Source: an uncultured bacterium | GTDB lineage: Bacteria > Bdellovibrionota > Bacteriovoracia > Bacteriovoracales > CAZZBM01 | Assembly (NCBI GenBank): GCA_964652255.1 | Contig: CAZZBM010000001.1 | Span: 604,489 to 668,488 of the forward strand | DNA: 64,000 nucleotides | Direction: 5' to 3' | Shown: piece by piece, positions 8,847 through 17,301 of the stretch | Layout of the letters: the number at the start of each line of letters is the position of its first letter | Position numbering within the stretch: the stretch's first letter is position 1 | Made by a program: the position numbers and the translations under genes | The notes under the pieces: model-generated | What the model was told of the DNA's origin: nothing | What the model saw: the letters and a program-made list of their open reading frames with translations, nothing else | Databases searched by the model: none

Positions 8847-10388
8847 ATGAATATATTACTAGGATTTGTTTCAGGGATGCTGATTACTCTTCCTTTTATC
8901 TTTTTTCTTCAAAGAAAAAAAAGTCTTCTTTTGTTTAAAGAAGGAGAATCTTTTTTAGAAAAAACAAAAAAAGAAGCTCAAGAACTTAAAGAACAAACAT
9001 TAAAAGATGCTAGATTTACTATTAGAGAACAAAGAGAACAACTAGAACAAGAATATAAACAAAAACAACAACAACTTTTAGAACAGGAAAAACAATTTTT
9101 AAGAAAAGATGTCATCTTAGGTCAAAGGGAAGAAAAACTTAATTTAGAAGAAAAAAAATATCAACAACGTGAACAAGATCAAATTAAAAAACAAGAACAA
9201 TTAGAAGAAGAAGAAAAAAATATTACTTCCTTAAAAGAAGATTTTACTATTAAACTTTCTCATTTAGCTATGATGAGTAAAGAACAGGCAAAGCAAGAAT
9301 TAGTCAATCAAATTGAACAAGAAGCAAAATTAGAGGCTAGTAAAAAAATAAAAAAAATAGAAGAAGAAACTCAAGAGGAATCAGAACGATTAGCTAAAAA
9401 AATTATTTCAGTGGCTATTCAAAGATTTGCTTCTGAATACGTAGCAGAATCAACCATTACTTCTGTTGAACTCCAAGGAGATGAAGTAAAGGGTCGTCTT
9501 ATCGGTCGAGAAGGTAGAAATATTAGAGCCTTTGAACAAATTTGTGGAGTAGATCTTATTATTGATGATACTCCAGGAGTTGTAGTGATCTCTTCTTTTA
9601 ATGTTTTAAGAAGAGAAATTGCTCGTTTAACTATAGAAAAATTAATCTCTGATGAAAGAATTCATCCAGCAAGAATTGAAGAATTTCATGAAAGATCACG
9701 TCAAGAAATTGAACATAGAATTAAACAACTAGGTGAAAGAGCTCAAATGGAAATTGGTGTGCATGGAATCCATCCTGAAATTTTAAGAATGATAGGAGCT
9801 CTTAATTATCGAACCAGTTATACTCAAAATCAATATCAACATTCTTTAGAAGTTGCTTTTCTTTGTGGAGCTATGGCAGCAGAGCTAAAACTTAATGTTA
9901 AACAAGCTCGGAGAGCAGGATTACTTCATGATATTGGAAAAGTGATGGATCTTTCTCAAGAAGCTTCACATGCTGTTGTAGGAGCTGATTTTGCTAAAAA
10001 ATATGGAGAAAGTCCTGATATTGTTCATGCTATTAGAGCTCATCATGAAGATGAAAGACCTGAAACAGTTTTAGCTCATCTAGTGATTGCTGCTGATGCT
10101 CTTTCTGGAGCTAGACCAGGAATTAGAAAAGCTATGATGCAGTCTTATGTAAATCGTTTAGTTGATATTGAAAGAATTGTTGCTTCTTTTCCTGGAGTAG
10201 AAAAATGTTATGCCCTTTCAGGAGGAAGAGAAGTGAGGGTTCTCGTTCAAAATGAAAAAATTTCAGATGAACAAACTTTAATTCTTTCTCAAGAAATCGC
10301 TAAAAAGATAGAACAAGAAATGTCTTACCCTGGAACGATTAAAATCGCTGTGGTCAGAGAAACTAAAGCCATAGGGTATGCTCGGTGA
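8847..10388 (+). CDS. rny: ribonuclease Y
   Basis: N-terminal TM helix, long coiled coil, KH domain (GREGRNIRAFE), HD domain (LLHDIGK, HHE). Confidence 0.9.
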   Translation: MNILLGFVSGMLITLPFIFFLQRKKSLLLFKEGESFLEKTKKEAQELKEQTLKDARFTIREQREQLEQEYKQKQQQLLEQEKQFLRKDVILGQREEKLNLEEKKYQQREQDQIKKQEQLEEEEKNITSLKEDFTIKLSHLAMMSKEQAKQELVNQIEQEAKLEASKKIKKIEEETQEESERLAKKIISVAIQRFASEYVAESTITSVELQGDEVKGRLIGREGRNIRAFEQICGVDLIIDDTPGVVVISSFNVLRREIARLTIEKLISDERIHPARIEEFHERSRQEIEHRIKQLGERAQMEIGVHGIHPEILRMIGALNYRTSYTQNQYQHSLEVAFLCGAMAAELKLNVKQARRAGLLHDIGKVMDLSQEASHAVVGADFAKKYGESPDIVHAIRAHHEDERPETVLAHLVIAADALSGARPGIRKAMMQSYVNRLVDIERIVASFPGVEKCYALSGGREVRVLVQNEKISDEQTLILSQEIAKKIEQEMSYPGTIKIAVVRETKAIGYAR

Positions 10389-10981
10389 GAGAATATTTTT
10401 TATCTCTTTCTTTTTTTTCTTTTCTACCTCTCTTACTTGTCTCTATTAAAGATGTTGGACTTGGTTTCTATCGATTGGTTTGTATCATTTCAGCTTTGCT
10501 CTCTCTTGCTTCACAAAACTTTTTACCTTTTTTCCTTTTTTGCTCCTTTCTTGTTCTCTTAAAAGAAAATGAAACCTATGCTAGGTTTTTTTATTATCTT
10601 CAACTTTTAAGTTTTTTTCCCTATCAACTTCAATCCATGAGTCCAGGATTAAGCCTTTTTTGTCTTCTTTTAGGACACTATCATCTTGTTGTTCCTAAAT
10701 TAAGTCAATGGCCGCTTTTTTCCGCTCAGTGTCTTTTAATGACTTCTTTAATTTATGAACTTACTCAACATAGATCTTTTTCTTCATGGTTAGAAATTTG
10801 GACTTTTGTTTCTCTGTATTGTCTGCCTATCATTCTTCTCTCTATGAGTTTATATTTGACTAAAATAAGATCACTTCAAAGTGCAACAGGTTTTTTATAT
10901 GTTATTTTCTTTTTTATTTTATCAGGGAGTGCTCTAAAATGGATATCACAACCTATTGTCCAAAGTGCCAAAAACTTTTAA
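10385..10981 (+). CDS. hypothetical polytopic membrane protein
   Basis: ORF with several hydrophobic segments; GTGA overlap with rny; no motif recognised. Confidence 0.4.
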   Translation: MREYFLSLSFFSFLPLLLVSIKDVGLGFYRLVCIISALLSLASQNFLPFFLFCSFLVLLKENETYARFFYYLQLLSFFPYQLQSMSPGLSLFCLLLGHYHLVVPKLSQWPLFSAQCLLMTSLIYELTQHRSFSSWLEIWTFVSLYCLPIILLSMSLYLTKIRSLQSATGFLYVIFFFILSGSALKWISQPIVQSAKNF

Positions 10982-11337
10982 CTGGATCACTTAATAAAGA
11001 TCTTCACTGTTCCTGTTCTTATGTTCTTCATGACCAAAAAAATCTCACAACTTGTCCAATTTGTCAGAAACAAGATTTTTATCGACAAAAAGATTTTAAC
11101 CCAAAAATTGGAATAGGACTCTTTATTTTAGCTTCTATTTTATCTATTTTTACCTATGGTTTAAGTTTTATTGCTCTTTATTTGATTGATTTATGGCTTT
11201 ATAAAAAAATTCCTCCTTTAATTATCTGTTACCATTGTCAAAGTCAATTCAGAAATGTCTTAGAAGAAAAAAATATAGATGAATTTGATCATTACAAGCA
11301 TGATATGTTAAAGTACAACTCTCAAGAGGAATTATGA
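10939..11337 (+). CDS. zinc-ribbon membrane protein (hypothetical)
   Basis: CPKC...C-x-C, CPIC and CYHC Cys pairs flank a central TM segment. Confidence 0.45.
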   Translation: MDITTYCPKCQKLLTGSLNKDLHCSCSYVLHDQKNLTTCPICQKQDFYRQKDFNPKIGIGLFILASILSIFTYGLSFIALYLIDLWLYKKIPPLIICYHCQSQFRNVLEEKNIDEFDHYKHDMLKYNSQEEL

Positions 11338-12557
11338 ATCATTACTCAACATGGATTTATGTTTTTTTATTTTTAATATCTTTTGCCCTTTCTTTTCTTT
11401 TTTCCATGACTGAAATTGCTCTCTTATCCATAGGGCAAGATAGAGTAAAACAATTAGTGGAAGAAGGTGGAAAAATAGGAAAATTACTCTCTTTTTGGGA
11501 TAAAAAATCTAATGGCATCTTAATTTCTATTCTTTTATGGGATACTTTTGTGAATACTTTTGTGACCAGTTTAGCAACTTTTTTAACTAGTCATATTTTT
11601 GGCGAGAATACTCTACTTTATGTAGTAACAGTCATGAGTGCTTTAGTTTTCTTTTTTGGAGAGGTTTTTCCAAAAACAGTTGCTAAAAATCATGCAGAAC
11701 TTCTTGCACCCTATGGTATTATTTTTTTTAAACCTTTTTATTATTTTGCTTATCCTCTAACAACTTTGGTCGAATTTATTTTAAGAATTTTTTTAGGAAA
11801 AAAAGCTAATCCAACAGAGAGAATGACTACTCAAGATGACATTGAATATTTAGTACATAAAGCCGAACGAGAACAAACTCTTAATGAAATTCAAATAGAT
11901 TTACTTAATTCCGCTTTAGAATTTCCCTTGTTAAGAGTTCAAGATGTGATGGTAGCTCAATCTAGTACTGTCATCATCTTTATTGATGATAATTATGATG
12001 AAATTGTAGAAAAAATTAAGGATTATTCCTATGATTATTATTCTGTTTATGATCAAGATGATTTTTTAGGAGTTATCCAAGTCAAAGATCTTCTTTTAAA
12101 ATTTAAAGATTCAGATTTTTCTTTACAAAAAATAATACAAAAACCTCTTCATGTTTTTCAGAAAGTGAGAATTCAAAGACTTTTTGAAGAAATGAGAGAA
12201 AAAGAAATTGATATCGCTACTGTCTATGATGAAAATCATAATCTTGTTGGTCTTATCACTATTGATGATATTGTTCATCAAATCTCAGGATCAAAAAGAG
12301 AAATTCAAGAAGGTGAAAAAATAGATCGAGGATGGATTATTCCTGGAACTATCTCTTTGTTAGATCTTTATTCTGAATATGATATAGATCTTCCTCAAGA
12401 AGAACATTATGCAACGCTGAATGGTTTTTTATTAGATATTTTAGGGAATGATTTTCCTAAGAAAGGTCAAATTATTTACTTTCAAAACTACATTTTTGAA
12501 ATCTACAAGGTTGTAGATTATAAAATCATTGAAGTTTTAGTCAGAAAAAAAGACTAA
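11334..12557 (+). CDS. CNNM/CorC/TlyC-family protein (DUF21 TM domain + CBS pair + CorC_HlyC)
   Basis: N-terminal 4-TM DUF21-like region, central CBS-like region and C-terminal transporter-associated-like domain. Architecture recognised by eye. Confidence 0.7.
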   Translation: MNHYSTWIYVFLFLISFALSFLFSMTEIALLSIGQDRVKQLVEEGGKIGKLLSFWDKKSNGILISILLWDTFVNTFVTSLATFLTSHIFGENTLLYVVTVMSALVFFFGEVFPKTVAKNHAELLAPYGIIFFKPFYYFAYPLTTLVEFILRIFLGKKANPTERMTTQDDIEYLVHKAEREQTLNEIQIDLLNSALEFPLLRVQDVMVAQSSTVIIFIDDNYDEIVEKIKDYSYDYYSVYDQDDFLGVIQVKDLLLKFKDSDFSLQKIIQKPLHVFQKVRIQRLFEEMREKEIDIATVYDENHNLVGLITIDDIVHQISGSKREIQEGEKIDRGWIIPGTISLLDLYSEYDIDLPQEEHYATLNGFLLDILGNDFPKKGQIIYFQNYIFEIYKVVDYKIIEVLVRKKD

Positions 12558-13330
12558 CTCTTCTTTTCTTCTACACAACAATGAGGATTGTTTGGAGGAC
12601 AACAATTTTGACAATCTTCACAACAAAGAAAGTGATACAGAAGCCCTGATAGAGAAGCTCCTAAAAATTGAGCTCCTAAAGCTACAAGATAAAAAAGTAT
12701 CGTATCAGAAGAAGTCAAAAAACTTTCAGTAAGCTTCCAAAGAGTGAGAGCAGGATTGACTAACATAAGTGGATGTAAAAAACTAATGACTGTTAAACTT
12801 AGACCAATACTTAAACCATAAAAACTGTTGGGTTGATTCTTAGGACAAGTAGCAACTTGTAAAACAACAAAGGTAAAAAAGAAAGTAAAAAGACTTTCTT
12901 TGAGAAAAAATTCTAAAGAAAGAATAGGTTCAGCTAATAGTCCAAGATTTTTCATGAGAGGAGATAACAAAGCAAGCTCTTGATTCATATTTAAAAGTTC
13001 TAATAAATTAGAAAAACTTGGAACTGCAATAAAATGAAAACATAAAAATCCCGCTAAAAGGGCACCTAATAGTTGTGCACCAAAATAAGCAATAAAATGA
13101 GAAAAATTTACTCCTCGACGAATAAAAATACTCCAACTAATAGCAGGATTGTAATGTGCCCCTGAAATATGACCTCCTGCATAGACTAAAATCATGAGCA
13201 TGAGTCCTACTCCAAAATGAGAAGTGGGTTGTAAAACATTAGAGACACTAAAAACAAAAAGAGCTAAAAAAAACGTTCCTAAAAATTCCATGACAAGTTT
13301 TCTTGACATTGTTAAATCCTTCCTTTTCAA
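12554..13330 (-). CDS. MIP/aquaporin-family channel, atypical
   Basis: SGAHYNPAIS (first NPA) and VNPALT (second NPA, followed by Leu not Arg). C-terminal tail CCEDCQNCCPPNNPHCC. Confidence 0.8.
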   Translation of the reverse strand: MKRKDLTMSRKLVMEFLGTFFLALFVFSVSNVLQPTSHFGVGLMLMILVYAGGHISGAHYNPAISWSIFIRRGVNFSHFIAYFGAQLLGALLAGFLCFHFIAVPSFSNLLELLNMNQELALLSPLMKNLGLLAEPILSLEFFLKESLFTFFFTFVVLQVATCPKNQPNSFYGLSIGLSLTVISFLHPLMLVNPALTLWKLTESFLTSSDTILFYLVALGAQFLGASLSGLLYHFLCCEDCQNCCPPNNPHCCVEEKKS

Positions 13331-13359
13331 TACATTATTTTCACTAAAGGAGAATAAAA

Positions 13360-13794
13360 ATGCAAGATAAATTAATCTTAAAAGATATCCATAACAAAGA
13401 AATTACTTTTAAAAAATTTCTAGGAAAAAAAACTCTTCTTATCTTCTTTCCCTTTGCTTTTACAGGAGTTTGTACAAAAGAACTTTGTGGTATTAAAAAA
13501 AAAGATTACCCTGAGGTGAATTTAGTAGGGATATCAGTAGATAGCCCGTTTACTTTAAAGGTTTTTCAAGAACAATACAAAATAGAAGTGGATCTTTATT
13601 CCGATTTTAATAAAGATGTTTCTAGATATTTTTCTATTCTTAATGAAAATTTTTTAGGATTTAAAGGAGTAAGCAAAAGAGGACTTATTCTTCTAAATGA
13701 ACAATTAGAAAAAATTTATGAAGATATCTTAGAAGATGCTAGCGTGATTCCTGATTTTCAACCTTTAGAAAGTTTTTTAGAAAATCCCTCTTGA
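13360..13794 (+). CDS. bcp: peroxiredoxin, BCP/PrxQ-like (Cp-x4-Cr)
   Basis: FPFAFTGVCTKELC contains the PxxxTxxC peroxidatic motif with a second Cys five residues later. Confidence 0.75.
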   Translation: MQDKLILKDIHNKEITFKKFLGKKTLLIFFPFAFTGVCTKELCGIKKKDYPEVNLVGISVDSPFTLKVFQEQYKIEVDLYSDFNKDVSRYFSILNENFLGFKGVSKRGLILLNEQLEKIYEDILEDASVIPDFQPLESFLENPS

Positions 13795-13819
13795 AGGTTC
13801 GTCCTGATCATTAAGAGGG
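13786..13819. terminator. weak inverted repeat between convergent bcp and H1-like genes (possible bidirectional terminator)
   Basis: ccctctt (13786-13792) / aagaggg (13813-13819), 20-nt loop. T-rich sequence follows on both strands. Confidence 0.3.
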
Positions 13820-13825
13820 AATTTT

Positions 13826-14050
13826 TTATTGCCTAGTATAGTCATCTTCATCATCTTCATTTTCTTCTTCTGTAGAATCAAATAAGTCTGATTCCCAATC
13901 GTAATCATCCTCATCGTCTTCGTCTAAAGAAGATTCATCATAGGATTCAAATTGATCTTCATCAAGTTCATTGTCATCCAAAGATGAAAAAGAATTTTTT
14001 TCCTGTGATTTAGGCTGAAGATTCTTAGATAGGACTACTTTCGGTGCCGA
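13826..14050 (-). CDS. acidic C-terminal extension (+1 frame relative to the H1-like ORF)
   Basis: About 74 stop-free codons in an AT-rich genome, strongly Asp/Glu-rich (SLDDNELDEDQFESYDESSLDEDDEDDYDWESDLFDSTEEENEDDEDDY). Its only in-frame start is a TTG at 14212 without a usable SD. Confidence 0.45.
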   Translation of the reverse strand, partial: SAPKVVLSKNLQPKSQEKNSFSSLDDNELDEDQFESYDESSLDEDDEDDYDWESDLFDSTEEENEDDEDDYTRQ

Positions 14051-14249
14051 TTTTTTTTTTGGCCGCCCTTCTCGGGGCAGCCTTTTTAGCAGCTTTTTTA
14101 GCAGGTCTTCTAGTGGCTTTTTTTCTTGTAGCCTTTTTTCTAGCAGGTCTTCTTGCTGTTGTTTTTTTAGCAACTTTTCTAGCAGGTCTTCTTGCTGTTG
14201 TTTTCTTAGCAACTCTCTTAGTCGCTTTTCTACGTGCTTTCTTTTTCAT
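14025..14249 (-). CDS. histone H1-like Lys/Ala/Arg/Pro-rich DNA-binding protein (frame A; probably continues into 13826-14050 after a shift)
   Basis: ATG at 14249 preceded by AAGGAAG about 9 nt upstream. KKTTARRPARK repeats. Frame terminates 8 codons after an A10 tract (14051-14060). Confidence 0.65.
   Translation of the reverse strand: MKKKARRKATKRVAKKTTARRPARKVAKKTTARRPARKKATRKKATRRPAKKAAKKAAPRRAAKKKIGTESSPI
14142..14219. repeat. 39-nt tandem repeat x2 (35/39 identical) inside the H1-like gene, with a degenerate third copy upstream (about 14100-14141)
   Basis: agcaggtcttcttgctgttgtttttttagcaacttttct followed by agcaggtcttcttgctgttgttttcttagcaactctctt. Encodes repeated KKTTARRPARK units. 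Confidence 0.85.
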
Positions 14250-14331
14250 GTGTTTAAACTTCCTTTTTTAATAATTTTTATTTTCGTACTTTTAGTATAT
14301 TCTTCTTATTTATTTTTTCAATAAGAATTTT

Positions 14332-16794
14332 TTAAAACTTACTATTTTTTTTTGTCGGTGTTTCTTTTAAAAAATTTAAAAAGAATTTTTGCCTAGTTGA
14401 ATCACTACTTGATCCTTCAAAATAAATAGATTCATTAGAAAGATTTTCGTTATAAGCTTTAGATGTTTGTAAAACATCATCTAAAGAAATAAATTTAACA
14501 GAATAAAAATTTCTAGAAGTTTGTTCTTCTACTCCTGTGAAAGGATGAATAAAACTACCATCACTAGCCACTCCTTGATTTAAAGTGGGATGAAAAGCTG
14601 AAAAATATTTTTTTGATTGAGCTAAATTTGCCTCATAAGAAATAATATGATGTTTTTTTAAATCTAAAGAAAGATTTTGAGACCAATAAGAAAAAAGCCT
14701 CTCTTTAAAAGATAGAGGACAAGGATGATCTGCAGAAATCAAAGAATCATCTCCTGTATAAAAGTATAAAAAACTTCCTGCTAAACTCTTACAACTAGGT
14801 TTTGTATTACTATCATAGATCATTTCAGCAGAACTCAAATAAGGTTGTTGATTACTTCCTGTAGCTGAACTTAAAATGGCATCTCTCATCTTTTTTAAGG
14901 CAAGAATATAAGTTTCAACAGAAGGAATTTGAGATTGAATAAAATCATGAATACTTTGAATAAGAATATCTTTATTAGGATATAAAGGTGTTTCATAAAG
15001 AGGAGCTGAAAGAAGAAATTTTTTATCTGTTAAAGGAGTTAATCCAAAATGATTAATTTTTAAAGCTTCATGAAGAGTATGAGAAGTAGGAATTAAATAA
15101 TTTAACTGATCCCAAGTCGTGGGACTTCTTACTTGATCAATAGCTTTTTCAATAAGATCTGAAGTAATACTCTCTTCAGTGTTAAGAAGTTTCCTTAGTA
15201 GGTTAAACTGAGTAGATAAATATAAGCCATCTTTAATCTCTTGAATTTCGCTTGGACGTAAAATAGTTAAAGGCAAAATATTCACTAAAGAGTAATTAGA
15301 ATTTGTAAAATCATACATCATATTAGGAATATAAAATTTTGTAAGAGAAGTCGTACCTCCAAGAGCATGAACAGGATTATTAACAAAAAACTCATTATTA
15401 AAAGGAAGAGGAAGTCCAGGCATGTAATTATTAGAAGTATAAAGTTGGCTAGGTTGAAAAGGATTTTTTAAACTAGAGAAATCTAAACCTAAAACAAAAT
15501 TTGCGCTTCTTTTTTCAATAGTCCTTACCTTTAAAGCTTCTTGTTCTATTTGAAATAATTGAGGACCTATTCTTCCACCAAAAGGTTTAGCAACACTATA
15601 AGCAATAAGTTTCATGGGCTTAGTAAAAGGATGAAATAATCCTTTATAATAAGCCTCTCCTGAAACAGCATAATAAGTAATGAGATCAGGATTTTTAATA
15701 AATCCTAAAGGAAAACCTGGAATAGGAAGTCCTGTTTTAGTCATATCACATTGTGCAACACTGCCTGGTTGGTCGTTAGCTACAAAAGAACTATAAAATA
15801 AAACAATGTTATTAAGATAAAGTTTTAAATCTAGGTAATATTTAACCTGTTTATCTACTGGAATTAAAATATTACTTAAACTTCTTGGATTAGAATCTCT
15901 ATATTCTACAGGAGAGAGTTCTTTTAAAGTAAAGCTTCTTTTCATCTCTTCATCTAAATGATTTCCTAAATTTCTATAACCTGAATAAAAAGCTTTAATG
16001 AGTCTTTCAAAGGCTGGATTAGAAGAAGTTTCATAATTAGAAATAGATTCCTGACAAAATTCTACATTAGGATCTAAACAAACGCCCTGATTTTTAGGTT
16101 GTTCATTCACTATATATTCTAAGTTTCTGATTCTAAAAGCTAACTCTAATGCTTGAGGGTAAGCCCCTAATCTTTCAGCTTGAATTTGAGGCAACCCTTG
16201 AAATAATTTAGGATCATCATCTGCAGAAGGAACATGATAAGACCATAAAAGAGTAGTAAGATAGTTTAAACGTGATTGTTTCGTACAATTTAAAGAGGTG
16301 AGTTCATAGAGACTTTCATAAAAATCTTTTAAAGTATCTCCAGCCCCAGGAATAGGCAGATCAGCAAACTTAGGAATCCCTGCCACAGAATAAAGAGAAC
16401 AAATATTACCCTTTTGGTTTTTTGCAAAAAATAAACAAATAGATGGAAAGTTAAATTGATCCTGAGCCTGTCCAGCACTTTTCACTCTAAAATCAACCAT
16501 TTGGTTATTATCTAAAGTTGATTTTTGTCCATCAATAGTATTTAAAGAACCTAAAACATAGTACTTGAACATAAGCTCTTTATAATTGTTTCTCATTTCA
16601 AAATTTAACCAAGCAATCTTAGATAAATAACGAGCCTGAACACTGGCTCCAGAAAAAGCAGCGGCATCAGTGGCATTTTGTAAATTAATACGCGCTTTTA
16701 CTAGAAGACCTAGGTGAATTAACATCACCATACCTGAAACAAAAGAAAGAAAGAAAAAGATAAGAAAAAAGCTAATTTGACCCTTTTGGTTCAT
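14332..16794 (-). CDS. large TadG-like (Flp pilus-assembly TadE/G-like N-terminus) envelope protein
   Basis: N-terminus: TM helix followed by ARINLQNATDAAAFSGASVQ, matching the Tad-like LQxAxDAAALAGA pattern. Remaining ~750 aa unrecognised. Confidence 0.55.
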   Translation of the reverse strand: MNQKGQISFFLIFFFLSFVSGMVMLIHLGLLVKARINLQNATDAAAFSGASVQARYLSKIAWLNFEMRNNYKELMFKYYVLGSLNTIDGQKSTLDNNQMVDFRVKSAGQAQDQFNFPSICLFFAKNQKGNICSLYSVAGIPKFADLPIPGAGDTLKDFYESLYELTSLNCTKQSRLNYLTTLLWSYHVPSADDDPKLFQGLPQIQAERLGAYPQALELAFRIRNLEYIVNEQPKNQGVCLDPNVEFCQESISNYETSSNPAFERLIKAFYSGYRNLGNHLDEEMKRSFTLKELSPVEYRDSNPRSLSNILIPVDKQVKYYLDLKLYLNNIVLFYSSFVANDQPGSVAQCDMTKTGLPIPGFPLGFIKNPDLITYYAVSGEAYYKGLFHPFTKPMKLIAYSVAKPFGGRIGPQLFQIEQEALKVRTIEKRSANFVLGLDFSSLKNPFQPSQLYTSNNYMPGLPLPFNNEFFVNNPVHALGGTTSLTKFYIPNMMYDFTNSNYSLVNILPLTILRPSEIQEIKDGLYLSTQFNLLRKLLNTEESITSDLIEKAIDQVRSPTTWDQLNYLIPTSHTLHEALKINHFGLTPLTDKKFLLSAPLYETPLYPNKDILIQSIHDFIQSQIPSVETYILALKKMRDAILSSATGSNQQPYLSSAEMIYDSNTKPSCKSLAGSFLYFYTGDDSLISADHPCPLSFKERLFSYWSQNLSLDLKKHHIISYEANLAQSKKYFSAFHPTLNQGVASDGSFIHPFTGVEEQTSRNFYSVKFISLDDVLQTSKAYNENLSNESIYFEGSSSDSTRQKFFLNFLKETPTKKNSKF

Positions 16795-16893
16795 TTAAGT
16801 TAATAGAATAGCTCAAAAAAGAAGTTTTCGTGAAATCTTTCTTGTGAAAAAAAGAAAAAATAAGGTATAAGGCTTCTAGATAAGGAGAAAATT

Positions 16894-17301
16894 ATGAGTG
16901 TTAATAAAGTGATTTTAGTAGGAAGATTAGGACAAGATCCAGAGCTAAAGCAAACTTCAGCAGGAGCAGTTTGTAAATTTTCAATTGCTACAAGTGAGTC
17001 TTGGACAAAGGATGGTCAAAAACAAGAAAAAGTAGAATGGCATAAAATTGTTGTTTGGAATAAATTAGCTGAAATTTGCTCTAAGTTTCTTCAAAAAGGA
17101 AAACAAGTTTATGTAGAAGGAAAAATTCAAACCCAACAATGGGAAGATCAAGAAGGAAAAAAAAGAACAAGTACAGAAATTCTAGCTAATACAGTGCAAT
17201 TTCTTTCAGCTCAAGAAAATCAATCAGAAAATTCTACTCCTGAAGTCCAAAATAATTTTTTTAAAAATGAAGAATTTCTCTCAGAAGAAATTCCTTTCTA
17301 A
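16894..17301 (+). CDS. ssb: single-stranded DNA-binding protein
   Basis: [21 protein letters not shown]-fold start; acidic tail ending EEIPF. Confidence 0.9.
   Translation: MSVNKVILVGRLGQDPELKQTSAGAVCKFSIATSESWTKDGQKQEKVEWHKIVVWNKLAEICSKFLQKGKQVYVEGKIQTQQWEDQEGKKRTSTEILANTVQFLSAQENQSENSTPEVQNNFFKNEEFLSEEIPF

Noticed and set aside
14051-14212. Upstream part of track ORF 13826-14212 (MLRKQQQEDLLEK...) as an independent gene
   Set aside because: Its start is a TTG with no usable SD, and this portion is simply the alternative frame of the H1-like repeats. Only the part downstream of the A10 tract looks genuinely coding.
14044-14271. 75-aa plus-strand hydrophobic ORF (MPIFFLAALLGAAFLAAFLAG...)
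   Set aside because: It is the antisense shadow of the Lys/Ala/Arg-rich H1-like gene. Repetitive AAG/GCN codons read as Phe/Leu/Ala on the opposite strand. It has no SD and overlaps the H1-like gene start region.
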